Assembly: GCA_002435865.1 (NCBI GenBank)
Contig: DIWV01000002.1
Location: forward strand, 127,370-191,369
Origin: Cloacimonetes bacterium UBA6097
GTDB lineage: Bacteria; Cloacimonadota; Cloacimonadia; Cloacimonadales; Cloacimonadaceae
Direction: 5' to 3'
DNA: 64,000 nt
The notes below the pieces were generated by a model. That model had not been told where the DNA came from, did not search any database, and saw only the letters and a list, made by a program, of their open reading frames with translations. Within the stretch, counting starts at the first letter, position 1, and each line of letters starts with the position of its first letter. Shown piece after piece: positions 10,067-20,800 of this stretch. The translations under genes and the position numbers were made by a program.

Positions 10067-10567
10067 ATGAACAATAAAAAAATTAAAGGCAACACTTTTA
10101 TTGAAGACTCTTATTGTGGATTATATTGCGGGGCGTGTGAGATTTTACTGGCATACAAAAAAGCAATGGAGCACAATACAGTTGCTGACTGGGATAATTT
10201 ACCCGAGGAATTCTCTGATCATATTAATAAAGCTGAGGTGAAATGCCTGGGATGCAAAACCGATACTGTTTTTGCAGGTTGCCGCAGGTGTCAAATCAGA
10301 AGTTGTGCCAGGGAAAAAGGAGTTGAATACTGCATAGATTGTGAATGCTACCCCTGTGAGCTGATTAATCAGATGAAAGTGCGCCTGGAAGCTGTAAAAA
10401 ATATTCTTCCCCACACATCAGCCATAATAGGCAACCTTAAAGATATTCAAAAAATGGGAAGGAAAGATTGGCTAAAGTATCAAAAAGAATTGTGGAGCTG
10501 CCCGACTTGCAGTGCAAGATTAAGCTGGTACCAAAGAAAATGCACACAATGTAACCAGAAGGCGTAA
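10067..10567 (+). CDS. DUF3795-like cysteine-rich protein
   Basis: 166 aa. The Cys pattern is CGLYCGACE...CLGC...CRRCQIRSC...C.DCE.YPC...CPTC...C.QC, which is typical of DUF3795 family proteins. Confidence 0.7.
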   Translation: MNNKKIKGNTFIEDSYCGLYCGACEILLAYKKAMEHNTVADWDNLPEEFSDHINKAEVKCLGCKTDTVFAGCRRCQIRSCAREKGVEYCIDCECYPCELINQMKVRLEAVKNILPHTSAIIGNLKDIQKMGRKDWLKYQKELWSCPTCSARLSWYQRKCTQCNQKA

Positions 10568-10570
10568 AAA

Positions 10571-10676
10571 AGATTCCTGTCTACGCAGGATTGAGTTTAA
10601 AAAAAGGCTGGATCCCTGCCTGCGCAGGGACGACAAAAAACAGGCAAGATGCCTGTGCTACGCGCAGGAATGACAG
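10571..10676. repeat. Three tandem family-B units between convergent genes
   Basis: The units are AGATTCCTGTCTACGCAGGATTGAG, GGATCCCTGCCTGCGCAGGGACGAC and GATGCCTGTGCTACGCGCAGGAATGAC. They fill the whole gap between the DUF3795 stop and the AAA ATPase stop, so they are probably the terminators for both genes. They generate the spurious ORF 10591-10887. Confidence 0.6.
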
Positions 10677-12305
10677 TTACACTTTCAGGGAATATGTCTT
10701 ATTCACATATTTACTGTTCCATTTGAGGATAATCAAAGCACTCAGGAAGTCTGACCGTTTAACTTCCACATGTGAGAAATCCTTTACGATTTTATCTTCC
10801 GTTATGATGGATTTTATATCAATTGTCCTTCTTAAAGCAACCATGGCAGCTTCTTTGGCTATGAACGTAATCTGGGCAGCAGAATAACCAACAACAGATT
10901 CTGCGAAAGAGAATAAATCGACGTCATCAGCCAGTGGCATCCCTTTTGTTGCAATATCAAGTACTTTTTTACAACCAGGCAAATTGGGCTTCTTCACCTC
11001 AAGGATATAATCAAACCTGCCCGGTCTTAACAGGGCAGTATCCAGCAAATCAGGCCTGTTGGTGGAAGCCAGGACTGTGACGTTACCGAATTCTTTCATC
11101 CCGTCCATTAAGGACATAAGCTGATTTACAACTGTTGCGTACCATTTGGAAGATTCACCGGCTAATCTGGATTGGGCAATTGAGTCTATCTCGTCAAAGA
11201 AGATTATGGACGGCTGCATATCCCTTGCTTCTTCAAAAATATCCCTTAAATTCCTTTCAGATTGCCCGAAGTTTTTATCAAGAATATCCGGACCGCCAAC
11301 CGGGATAAAGTGTGCCCTCACTTCATTGGCAATCGCTTTGGCAATAAGAGTTTTACCATTGCCGGGTTCACCCCATAACATAACACCACGATAAGGTTTT
11401 ACCCCCAGATGCTCGTACAAATCAGGCTGTTTGAAAGGAAGCTCTATCACTTCCCTTATCTTCTGGATGATGTCTTCAATACCACCAATATCATCAAAAG
11501 TGATTTCGGGTATATATCTTTGTTTGTTATATTCAGTTCGCTTGCTTATCTCTTCAGCTCTCTTGTTTGAATCAATCCGGTCATTATTCTTCACTGTTTC
11601 TTTTAAATCAATCTCAGGAGCAGAAGATAATATTTTGTGATATATATTTATCGGCTTCCATTGCTTATCATTAGAAAGAACCTCATCCAGGTAAATCAGT
11701 CCCCAGTTCTGGGTATCTGTAGTATCAACAGAATTCGGCAATTCTACTACATATTTCCTATAAAACACATGCTGGAAAACCGGACAAAATTCTATGCTCT
11801 TCTTTTGTATAATGTCTGACAATACCCGGGAGATTTCTTCTTTATCTATTTTCCAGTTAGTCTTGTTTGTAAATGCTCCATATTGATACCAATATTTGTT
11901 GTTTTTATTGTAAGGAGCTTCCATGTGACGCAAAGTAATTCCAGTGAGTTGCCTGCATCCCCAGCAATCTGAACATTTTTCATCACAATATAGAGCTTTA
12001 TCATCAGCATTTGTGTAACCCAGATAGCAATCAGCAATATCTTTTATTTTCATGAAGAAACTGCCCGGATCAAGCTCAGTATTATTGAAAGATACTCCGG
12101 CAGATTTCCAATCTTCAATAGTGTTTATCAGTTTCTGGAAAAGATCATACTGTGCCAGTACTTCCTTATTATCAGTTTCAATAAGGTTAAGTTTTGAATC
12201 TGTTCCTATTGGAGTAAACTGCTTAAATTTAGAAGCATACTCAATAGCTTTTTCATAATCAGTTGAATTGGAATATCCAAAACGTATCGATAAAATAAAA
12301 TCCAT
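10677..12305 (-). CDS. Classical-clade AAA ATPase (single AAA module) with unrecognised about 265-aa Cys-containing N-terminal domain
   Basis: 542 aa. Walker A is GEPGNGKT, Walker B is IIFFDEID and the second region of homology is TNRPDLLDTALLRPGRFD (CDC48/FtsH/proteasomal type). There are no TM helices and no protease domain. The N-domain contains C-x3-C-x2-C-x2-C (CDEKCSDCWGC). Confidence 0.85.
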   Translation of the reverse strand: MDFILSIRFGYSNSTDYEKAIEYASKFKQFTPIGTDSKLNLIETDNKEVLAQYDLFQKLINTIEDWKSAGVSFNNTELDPGSFFMKIKDIADCYLGYTNADDKALYCDEKCSDCWGCRQLTGITLRHMEAPYNKNNKYWYQYGAFTNKTNWKIDKEEISRVLSDIIQKKSIEFCPVFQHVFYRKYVVELPNSVDTTDTQNWGLIYLDEVLSNDKQWKPINIYHKILSSAPEIDLKETVKNNDRIDSNKRAEEISKRTEYNKQRYIPEITFDDIGGIEDIIQKIREVIELPFKQPDLYEHLGVKPYRGVMLWGEPGNGKTLIAKAIANEVRAHFIPVGGPDILDKNFGQSERNLRDIFEEARDMQPSIIFFDEIDSIAQSRLAGESSKWYATVVNQLMSLMDGMKEFGNVTVLASTNRPDLLDTALLRPGRFDYILEVKKPNLPGCKKVLDIATKGMPLADDVDLFSFAESVVGYSAAQITFIAKEAAMVALRRTIDIKSIITEDKIVKDFSHVEVKRSDFLSALIILKWNSKYVNKTYSLKV

Positions 12306-12379
12306 GGCAGCCCTTAAAATATATTACTTATTATAATTTAAGAAAATCCAAAATAATGTCAAGGACAATTTCCTTGTAT

Positions 12380-12410
12380 CAAAATAAAGCCCGTCAATTG
12401 ACAGGCTTTA
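12380..12410 (-). terminator. Rho-independent terminator after rpsG
   Basis: On the minus strand: AAAGCCTGTCA ATT TGACGGGCTTT followed by ATTTTGAT, about 45 nt after the rpsG stop. The AAA ATPase gene starts 75 nt further on. Confidence 0.6.
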
Positions 12411-12453
12411 TATTTAATATCATATTCCCGACCAGGTCGGAATGACGATGTCA

Positions 12454-12924
12454 CTACCAGCGAAGGTGAGCAAAAGCTTTGTTGGCTTCTGCCATCTTGT
12501 GGGTATCTTCACGTTTCTTGATGCTGTTGCCTTCTTTTTTATAGGCAGCCATCAATTCTCCGGCAAGTTTATCACGCATTGTCTTTTCAGACCGGTTACG
12601 GGCATAACTGATAATCCAACGGAAAGCAATAGCTCTGCCGTTTTTCTCATTCACTTCAGTGGGAATCTGGTAGTTTGAACCACCAACACGGCGAGACATA
12701 ACTTTTACCATCGGACGTACATTTTCCAATGCAGTCTTAAAGACTTCCAAAGGATCAAGCTTTGTCTTTTCGGCAATTATTTCAAACGCACCATAGACAA
12801 TCTTTTCCGCAACGGATTTCTTGCCGCGCTTCATAACGCAGTTCATAAATTTGGTGACGATAATGTCATTATACTTCGGGTCTGGCAGTACTTCTCTAAC
12901 AACAGCTCTTCTTTTTCTTGGCAT
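12454..12924 (-). CDS. rpsG: 30S ribosomal protein S7
   Basis: 156 aa. MPRKRRAVVREVLPDPKYN..., the full-length S7 signature. Confidence 0.97.
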   Translation of the reverse strand: MPRKRRAVVREVLPDPKYNDIIVTKFMNCVMKRGKKSVAEKIVYGAFEIIAEKTKLDPLEVFKTALENVRPMVKVMSRRVGGSNYQIPTEVNEKNGRAIAFRWIISYARNRSEKTMRDKLAGELMAAYKKEGNSIKKREDTHKMAEANKAFAHLRW

Positions 12925-12933
12925 ACTACACCT

Positions 12934-13314
12934 CTACTTACTGGACTTCGGACGTTTAGTGCCGTACTTGGAACGAGAATTAACTCTTTTATCCACGCCG
13001 GCTGAATCCAATGCACCACGAACGATGTGATAACGAACACCGGGCAGGTCTTTTACACGACCGCCACGAACCAATACTATTGAGTGCTCCTGCAGATTAT
13101 GTCCTTCTCCCGGAATATAAGCGGTAACTTCAAAGCCGTTTACTAAACGGACACGTGCAACTTTACGCAAAGCTGAGTTAGGTTTCTTGGGCGTTGTCGT
13201 GTAAACACGAGTACAAACTCCGCGCCTCTGCGGACATCCCATGAGCGCCCTGGTCTTTTTCTTCTTGATGATCTCAGTTCTGCCTTTGCGAACTAACTGA
13301 TTAATGGTTGGCAC
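12934..13314 (-). CDS. rpsL: 30S ribosomal protein S12
   Basis: 126 aa. [12 protein letters not shown]...[16 protein letters not shown]..., the S12 signature. Confidence 0.97.
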   Translation of the reverse strand: MPTINQLVRKGRTEIIKKKKTRALMGCPQRRGVCTRVYTTTPKKPNSALRKVARVRLVNGFEVTAYIPGEGHNLQEHSIVLVRGGRVKDLPGVRYHIVRGALDSAGVDKRVNSRSKYGTKRPKSSK

Positions 13315-13347
13315 TTCTTTTTTCCTCCACTTTATTGTGTGTTTATT

Positions 13348-16300
13348 CTAGAAATCATATATACTTTCTGATTCTTCCTTTTCTGCCGGATGAGCAATTT
13401 CCTGTACAATCTGTTGTACAGTCTTACCTTCTGCTAATGCTTGTTTAACCCGGCTTGTATAAATTCTGGAACCTGTTCCAACAGGTATTCTGTGTCCCAG
13501 AATTATGCTTTCTTTCAGCCCTTCCAGTCTGTCAACCCTACCTTCGATTGATGCCTTGGTCAAGACTTTTGTTGTTTCCTGGAATGAAGCTGAAGACAAC
13601 CAGCTTTCAGTCAACAGAGAAGTTTTGGTTATACCAAGCAGAAGTTGTTCAAACTGAGCAGGTTCCAAATCATTCTGCTGAGCAAAGTGATTTTCTTTTT
13701 CCACCAGTATTTTATCAATAATATCACCTTCAAGGAAACTGGTCTGACCGGGATCCATGATGCGAACTTTCTTAAACATCTGTCGAATAATGACGCTTAC
13801 ATGTTTGTCGTCTATCTTCACACCCTGTTTGCGGTAGATTTCCTGAACTTCATTCAGGATAAGCATCTGAGCTTCTATTATACCTTTAACCAACATGTCA
13901 TGCGGATCGAAAGGACCGTCAGAAAGTGCATCTCCACTCTCTACCCAGTCACCCTGATGAACGATGATTCTTTTTCCGGAAGGAATGGAATACTTGCGCC
14001 CGGCCAGGGGTTGACCTTCTTTAACTGGCTCGCCTGAAACAAGGATGCTTTCCTGGTCTCTTGGTACAGCAAAAACTACACCACAAAGAGGACTACCGAC
14101 TTTAACAGAATCCCCTTCATTTACAATCAATTCATATTTCTTGGGTATTTCAAGTTCAGAAGATTTGGTGTTTTTCTTGTTTATCGTAACGGTAAATTTC
14201 TTCTTCTTTTTATCTTCTGTAATGCTAACCTTACCATCTTTGTCTGCATAGACTGCATTTTCCGGAAGTACAATTATATAAGTCTGGTCATCTCTGGTTT
14301 CTACTGTAACTTTCCCTTCACTAGGTGAGTACAATCCATTGGTAGGAGTGACAAATATATCACGTCCGGTCTTTTTCAAACCGCCTATAGTAACCAATCC
14401 GTCAATTTCTGATATCTTGGCTTTATCCTTTGGAACACGTGCTTCAAATAAGTCTTGTACACGTGGCAGACCGCCAGTAATGTCTCTTTGCTTGATTGTA
14501 GTTCTGGAAGTCTGACCCAAAACATCCCCTGCATAAACATAGCTGCCGTCTTCAACGCGAACAACTAGTCCGGTCTGTAAAGGCACCTGTGTTATCGCAC
14601 CGTCATCACCAACAATTTTAAACTGTGGCTGCACTTTTCTTTCTTTTGATTCGATGATAGTTATATCACGGGTATAAGTGATATCATTATATTCTTCTTT
14701 ATAAGTAAGGTCTTTCAGGAAATTTTCAAAGTGAAGAACACCCTTGGCTGTAGAAATCAACGGATTATTGTACTGATCCCAACTCAGAAGAACAGTATCC
14801 TTGGCAACCTTTTGATTGTCTTTAACATGGATTGTGGCAGCATATTCAACCTTGTATTCTTCCAGAATTTTCTCATTATCTTTCTCATCCACAATGTTGA
14901 TTTTACCCAAGTGACTTACAGAGATGAATTGATTCTCGCGTGTTATTACATAATTCATTCTTTCAAACTTAACTATTCCATCATAATTAGATGCAACTTC
15001 TGCAAGATCTGTTGTTGTACTGGAAGCTCCACCAATATGGAATGTACGCAAAGTTAGCTGAGTACCTGGCTCACCAATGCTCTGAGCAGCAATAATACCA
15101 ACCGGATCACCAATTATAACAGGTTTTTGTGTTGCCAGATTTCTGCCGTAACATGCTCCGCAGATTCCACGGTCTGCTTCACAGGTAAGAACTGAGCGCA
15201 CTTTTACTGAAATAATCCCGTGATTCTGAATTGTTCGTGCCATTTTGTTTGTAATCTCTTCACCGGTCTGAACAATTGTCTTTCCTGTTACAGGATCAAT
15301 AATATCTTCAGCAGCCGTTCTACCTGAGATTCTTTCCGCTAAAGTCTGAACAATTTCATTACCTTCTTTGAGACAGGTCATGTTCACACCTTTGGCTGTA
15401 CCGCAATCTTCCATAGTAATAATTGCATTTTGAGCAACATCAACCAGACGTCTGGTCAGATAGCCGGCATCTGCTGTTTTCAGGGCTGTATCAGCAAGTC
15501 CCTTTCTGGCGCCGTGGGTAGAAATAAAGTACTCAAGAACAGTTAATCCTTCTTTAAAGTTAGATTTAATCGGGGTTTCAATAACATCTCCACCACCTGT
15601 AGCACTGCTCTTAGTAGGTTTATCCATCAAACCACGCATACCGCCAAGCTGTTTGATCTGGTCTTTACTTCCTCTGGCACCTGATTTATACATCATGTAT
15701 ATGGAGTTCAAGCCCTTGCGGTCTTTGGAAAGTTCTTCCATCATTTCATCAGTTACACGTACTGAGGTTTTCTTCCATTGGTCTACAGCACGGGAGAAAC
15801 GTTCATTTTCAGTAATACCGCCTTTCATCTGCAAATCAAAAATCTTGGCAACTTCCTTCTCTGCAGCTTCAAGGATTTGATCTTTCTTTTTGGGAACTAT
15901 AATGTCACCAAAACTAAATGTAACCCCTGCTTTTGTAGCATATCGGAAACCTGTTTCTTTAAGATTATCAAGGATAATGGCAGTTTCCCACTGACCTACA
16001 GCCTCGTAACAAAGCATTGCCAGGTCATTTAACTTGCCTTTATCATATGCTATATTCTGGAAACCTATTTTCCTTGGAAGTATTTGATTAAAGATAACTC
16101 TCCCAACAGTTGTTACGATAAACTCGTTATATATTTTTACTTTTATCCATGTATGTAAGTCTAAAGAGCGACCTGCCTGGATATCACCTTTTACGTTATA
16201 AGTAAGTTCTTCCTGCTCATAAGCAGTAATAACTTCATCCATTCCATAAAAGTGACGAAGTTTAGTATGGTCAGTAGGAGCAGCTTCTTCTTCCATTGTC

Positions 16301-17829
16301 AGGTAATAACAACCTAAAACGATGTCTTGGTTTGCTGCCATTGCCAGGCGACCATTTGCCGGCAGTAACAGGTTTCTGGTTGATAACATCAATAACCGTG
16401 CTTCAATTTGTGCTTCTTGTGACAAAGGAACATAAACACCCATTTGGTCACCATCAAAGTCAGCATTAAAAGGTACACAAACCATTGGATGTAATTGGAT
16501 AGCTTTATTCTCTGTTAAAACAGGCATAAACGCCTGGATGCCTAAACGATGCAGAGTAGGTGCACGGTTCAGAAGAACTGGATAGTTTTTTATAACATCT
16601 TCCAAAATGCTCCATATCTCAGGTTGCTTCTTCTCAATTAGTTTCTTGGCATTTTTTACTTTATCGACTTCACCCATTTTCTGAAGTCTTTCAATCAGGT
16701 AAGGCTTGAACAGTTCCACTGCCATCTCTTTGGGTAAACCACACTGCCAAAGCTTAAGTTCAGGACCGACTGTGATTACTGAACGTCCTGAATAATCAAC
16801 ACGTTTACCAAGCAGATTTTGACGGAAACGTCCTTGTTTTCCTTTTAATTGGTCTGTTAATGATTTTAACGGACGATTTCCCCGACCTCTTACCGGTCTG
16901 GCTTTGCGTGAATTATCTATTAAAGCGTCAATCGCTTCCTGTAACATCCTCTTCTCATTACGGAGGATAACTTCGGGTGCGCGAATTTCCAGTAGTTGAC
17001 GTAACCTGTTATTCCTGGTTATCACCCTGCGATACAAGTCATTAAAATCTGCTGTTGCAAATCTGCCACCTTCCAAAGGAACCAAGGGACGCAAGGTTGG
17101 AGGCAGCACAGGAAGAACATCCATAACCATGTGTTCAGGTTTGTTACCTGATTGCAAGAAAGCGTCAACAATCTTAAGTTTATTTATTATCTTTTGCTTT
17201 CTGAGAGTTGAGACTTCCATTTTTAGCAGAGCTTTAAGCTTTTCCTGCTCTCCTTCAAGGTCAATTCTCATCAGCAGTTCTTTAACAGCTTCTGCTCCAA
17301 TCTTAGCTATGAAATTGCCATCCAGCTTATCCCGTACTTCGTAAAATTCATCAACATCAATCAGTTCCAATCTTTCATAAGGACTATCACCCGGGTCAAT
17401 AACTATATAGGACTCATAATACAAAACACGCTCTAAATCCTTGATAGTCATATCAAGCAACACGCCAATTTTACTTGGAGCGCTTTTAATGAACCAGATA
17501 TGAGCAACAGGAACTGCTAAATCAATATGACCCATTCTGGTACGACGAATACGGGAGGAAGTAACTAAGACACCACATCTGTCACAAACTGTATTTTGAA
17601 AACGTTTCTTCTTATATTTCCCGCAAGCACATTCATAATCACGTTCCGGTCCAAAAATCCTTTCGCAAAAGAGTCCGTCTTTTTCCGGTTTTAGTGTACG
17701 GTAGTTCAAAGTGTCAGGTTTAGTTACTTCTCCAAAACTCCATTCATCACGAATTACTTCCGGAGCAGCTAATTTTATCCGCACCATATCATACGAAACG
17801 AAACGATGTTCTCTACGATTATCCTTCAT
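13348..17829 (-). CDS. rpoC: DNA-directed RNA polymerase subunit beta'
   Basis: 1493 aa. It has the zinc-binding CxC..CxxC region near the N-terminus, the NADFDGDQM catalytic motif, and bridge-helix and trigger-loop regions. Confidence 0.98.
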   Translation of the reverse strand: MKDNRREHRFVSYDMVRIKLAAPEVIRDEWSFGEVTKPDTLNYRTLKPEKDGLFCERIFGPERDYECACGKYKKKRFQNTVCDRCGVLVTSSRIRRTRMGHIDLAVPVAHIWFIKSAPSKIGVLLDMTIKDLERVLYYESYIVIDPGDSPYERLELIDVDEFYEVRDKLDGNFIAKIGAEAVKELLMRIDLEGEQEKLKALLKMEVSTLRKQKIINKLKIVDAFLQSGNKPEHMVMDVLPVLPPTLRPLVPLEGGRFATADFNDLYRRVITRNNRLRQLLEIRAPEVILRNEKRMLQEAIDALIDNSRKARPVRGRGNRPLKSLTDQLKGKQGRFRQNLLGKRVDYSGRSVITVGPELKLWQCGLPKEMAVELFKPYLIERLQKMGEVDKVKNAKKLIEKKQPEIWSILEDVIKNYPVLLNRAPTLHRLGIQAFMPVLTENKAIQLHPMVCVPFNADFDGDQMGVYVPLSQEAQIEARLLMLSTRNLLLPANGRLAMAANQDIVLGCYYLTMEEEAAPTDHTKLRHFYGMDEVITAYEQEELTYNVKGDIQAGRSLDLHTWIKVKIYNEFIVTTVGRVIFNQILPRKIGFQNIAYDKGKLNDLAMLCYEAVGQWETAIILDNLKETGFRYATKAGVTFSFGDIIVPKKKDQILEAAEKEVAKIFDLQMKGGITENERFSRAVDQWKKTSVRVTDEMMEELSKDRKGLNSIYMMYKSGARGSKDQIKQLGGMRGLMDKPTKSSATGGGDVIETPIKSNFKEGLTVLEYFISTHGARKGLADTALKTADAGYLTRRLVDVAQNAIITMEDCGTAKGVNMTCLKEGNEIVQTLAERISGRTAAEDIIDPVTGKTIVQTGEEITNKMARTIQNHGIISVKVRSVLTCEADRGICGACYGRNLATQKPVIIGDPVGIIAAQSIGEPGTQLTLRTFHIGGASSTTTDLAEVASNYDGIVKFERMNYVITRENQFISVSHLGKINIVDEKDNEKILEEYKVEYAATIHVKDNQKVAKDTVLLSWDQYNNPLISTAKGVLHFENFLKDLTYKEEYNDITYTRDITIIESKERKVQPQFKIVGDDGAITQVPLQTGLVVRVEDGSYVYAGDVLGQTSRTTIKQRDITGGLPRVQDLFEARVPKDKAKISEIDGLVTIGGLKKTGRDIFVTPTNGLYSPSEGKVTVETRDDQTYIIVLPENAVYADKDGKVSITEDKKKKKFTVTINKKNTKSSELEIPKKYELIVNEGDSVKVGSPLCGVVFAVPRDQESILVSGEPVKEGQPLAGRKYSIPSGKRIIVHQGDWVESGDALSDGPFDPHDMLVKGIIEAQMLILNEVQEIYRKQGVKIDDKHVSVIIRQMFKKVRIMDPGQTSFLEGDIIDKILVEKENHFAQQNDLEPAQFEQLLLGITKTSLLTESWLSSASFQETTKVLTKASIEGRVDRLEGLKESIILGHRIPVGTGSRIYTSRVKQALAEGKTVQQIVQEIAHPAEKEESESIYDF

Positions 17830-17841
17830 AATATACCCCCA

Positions 17842-20800
17842 CTACTCCAACTCATCTTCTTGTAAAAACTCGATGTCAAATCCTAATGATTTCAATTCGC
17901 TCACTAAAACATTGAAACTCTCAGGAACACCTGGAGGAGGAGGATTCTCTCCTCGGGTTATAGCTTTGAAAGCTGCATTACGGCCATCAACGTCATCCGA
18001 CTTGATTGTAAGCATTTCCTCTAACAAGTGAGCAGCACCATATGCTTCCAGAGCCCAGACTTCCATTTCTCCCAATCTCTGTCCACCGTGTTGTGCTTTT
18101 CCGCCTAATGGTTGCTGTGTTATAAGTGAATATGGACCTGTTGAACGAGCATGCATTTTATCTGCTACCAGATGGTTCAGTTTCATCATATAAATCACAC
18201 CAACTGTTACACGCTCTTTAAAACGTTCTCCACTCTTTCCGTCATACAGCACTTGTTTGCCGTCTTTGGGAAGATTAGCTTTTTCGAGTTCTTGCTCAAT
18301 ATCTTCTATAGCAGCTCCGTCAAAAATAGGAGTCTCAACGTCAAAACCGAGAACCCTGGCAGCCATACCCAAGTGGGTTTCCATAATCTGCCCTATATTC
18401 ATACGGGAAGGCACACCAAGTGGATTCAGAACTATATCAACTGAAGTTCCGTCTTCCATAAAGGGCATGTCTTCTATCGGAGCAATGATTGATATGACAC
18501 CTTTGTTTCCATGACGACCAGCCATTTTATCACCGACTTCTATTTTACGTTTTTTGGAAACGTAGACTTTTACCATTTTACGTACGCCGTAAGCCAGTTC
18601 ATCACCATGTTTCAGACGCTCTCTGGATTTGCGGTAAAGATTTTCACTTTCTTCTATGGCTGATTTTGCCTTCATTATCATCTCATGATAAATCTGCATA
18701 TTCTTTTCGCTATTTTCAACCATGTCCACTTCAAGATTGATCTTTTTGAAATTAATCCGCTTTAAATCTTCTTTAGTTATTTTCTTCCCTGCAGGGATAA
18801 AGAACATTCCGGTTTTTTCATCTATTATTGATTTAGCTTTTTCACCAATTAACAAAGATGATAGCTTTTCTTCTTTAAAATCTTCAATTTTTTTGCGTCT
18901 GTCAGCTAATTCCTGCTTAAGAGTTTCAATTTTATCCAGACTCTTTTCCTCGACATCTCCACTTTCTTCCAACCGCGAGAACACTTTTACGTCAATAACC
19001 ACACCTTCCATACCAGGTTTGGCTTTAAGAGAGCTATTAGTAAAATCTCCGGCTCTGTCTCCGAATAAAGCTCGCATAAGGTTTTCTTCCGGAGAAGGAT
19101 CTATCTCGATTGATTTGGGAGTGACTTTACCAACTATGACATCACCGGCATGAATTACTGAACCTACTCTAATGATACCGGTCTTATCAAGATTCCTCAA
19201 AGCATGCGCCGGAACATTGGGAATATCATAAGCAAGTTCTTCTTTACCGTTTTTGACATTTCTGACCATTACTTCCATTTCTTCAATATAAATAGAGGTA
19301 AGTGTATCTTCCCTGGCTACTTTTTCACTTAAGATAATAGCATCTTCATAATTGTAGCCATACCATGGCATAAAGGCAACCAGCATATTCGTGCCCAAAG
19401 CCAGACGATTATTCTCAACGCAGGGACCGTCTGAAACAGGTTGTCCTTTCTTTACGATATCGCCGAGTTTAACCGTAGGACGCTGATTAACGCAAGTATC
19501 CTGATTGGTTCTAAGGAACTTTTTATAATAGATTTTATTACCCTGGCTCAGATATAGTGCTTCATCCTTTTTGTTAAGAGGCTTAATTTCAACAAATTCG
19601 GAATTGACATTGACTACTTCACCTTCGTAAGGGGATAAACATACACTTGATGTATCATGTTCAGCAATAATTTCCATTCCTGTACCGACAATCGGAGCTA
19701 CAGGATTTAATAAAGGAACAGCCTGCCGTTGCATGTTTGAACCCATTAATGCCCTGTTAGCGTCATCATGCTCCAGGAAGGGTATCAAAGCAGCAGATAC
19801 AGATACCATTTGTTGAGGTGATACATCTATGTATTGGACTTCTGTTGGTTTAACCTGTATGAACTCACCTCTCTGTCGGGCAAAAATAATCTCATCAGTA
19901 ATCTTACGCTTTTTATCGAGAGTTACGTTTGCCTGAGCAATTGTATATTTCTCTTCTTCTGCAGCATCCATAAAGTCGTACTTATCAGTCACTATTCCAT
20001 TTTCCACCCGGATATAAGGAGTTTCTATAAAGCCAAACCGGTTGATATGTGAATATACCGCTGGAGAAACTATCAAACCAATGTTTGGTCCTTCCGGTGT
20101 TTCAACCGGACAGACTCTGCCATAATGTGAATGATGGACGTCACGAACTTCAAATCCAGCTCTTTCACGGGTTAATCCACCCGGTCCTAAAGCAGACAGT
20201 GCTCTTTTATGTCTTAGTGCAGCCAAAGGATTTGTTTGTTCCATAAACTGAGATAACTGACCTGTGAGGAAGAAAGACTGGACAACTGATATCAGGGCAT
20301 TGCTGTTGACAAGATCATGTACATTTACATCATCAGTATTTGCAATACTCATCCTTTCCATAATAATTCTGGAAACCATTGATAAACCTGCTGCATACTG
20401 TTCCTGTAAAAGTTCTCCAACTGTTCTGACACGTCTGTTTGCCAGGTTATCAATATCGTCAATATCATCTTCATCGCGATAGATATTGATCAATGTCTTA
20501 AAAATTTGCACAAAATCATCGACTGTAAGGGTCATAGTTGTAAGAGGAATGTCCAAACCCAAACGTGCATTCATTTTGTATCTGCCAACTTCTCCCAGAT
20601 TGTATCTCTTTTCATTGAAAAACATTCTGTTGATCATCAGTTGGGCAGCTTCAGGAGTTGATTCTTCACCCGGACGAATCAGTGTATATACTTTATCCAG
20701 AGCTTCTGCCTGATTTGATGTAGGATCTTTAGCTATAGTATTTTCCAATACTTTTCTGGCAATTTCATAATTATAGTCGATAACTTCAACTGAAGTTATT

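Noticed and set aside
10591-10887. Track ORFs lying in repeat DNA (10591-10887, 30019-30204, 30467-30778, 35636-35827, 41518-41790, 51748-52062, 50268-50474)
   Set aside because: Their peptides are translations of the dispersed repeat modules (e.g. WIPACAGTT, RRNDS, FSPQRHRG, SYELSG, YRRPRLY). They have no RBS, overlap hairpins or terminators, and some run into real genes on the other strand.
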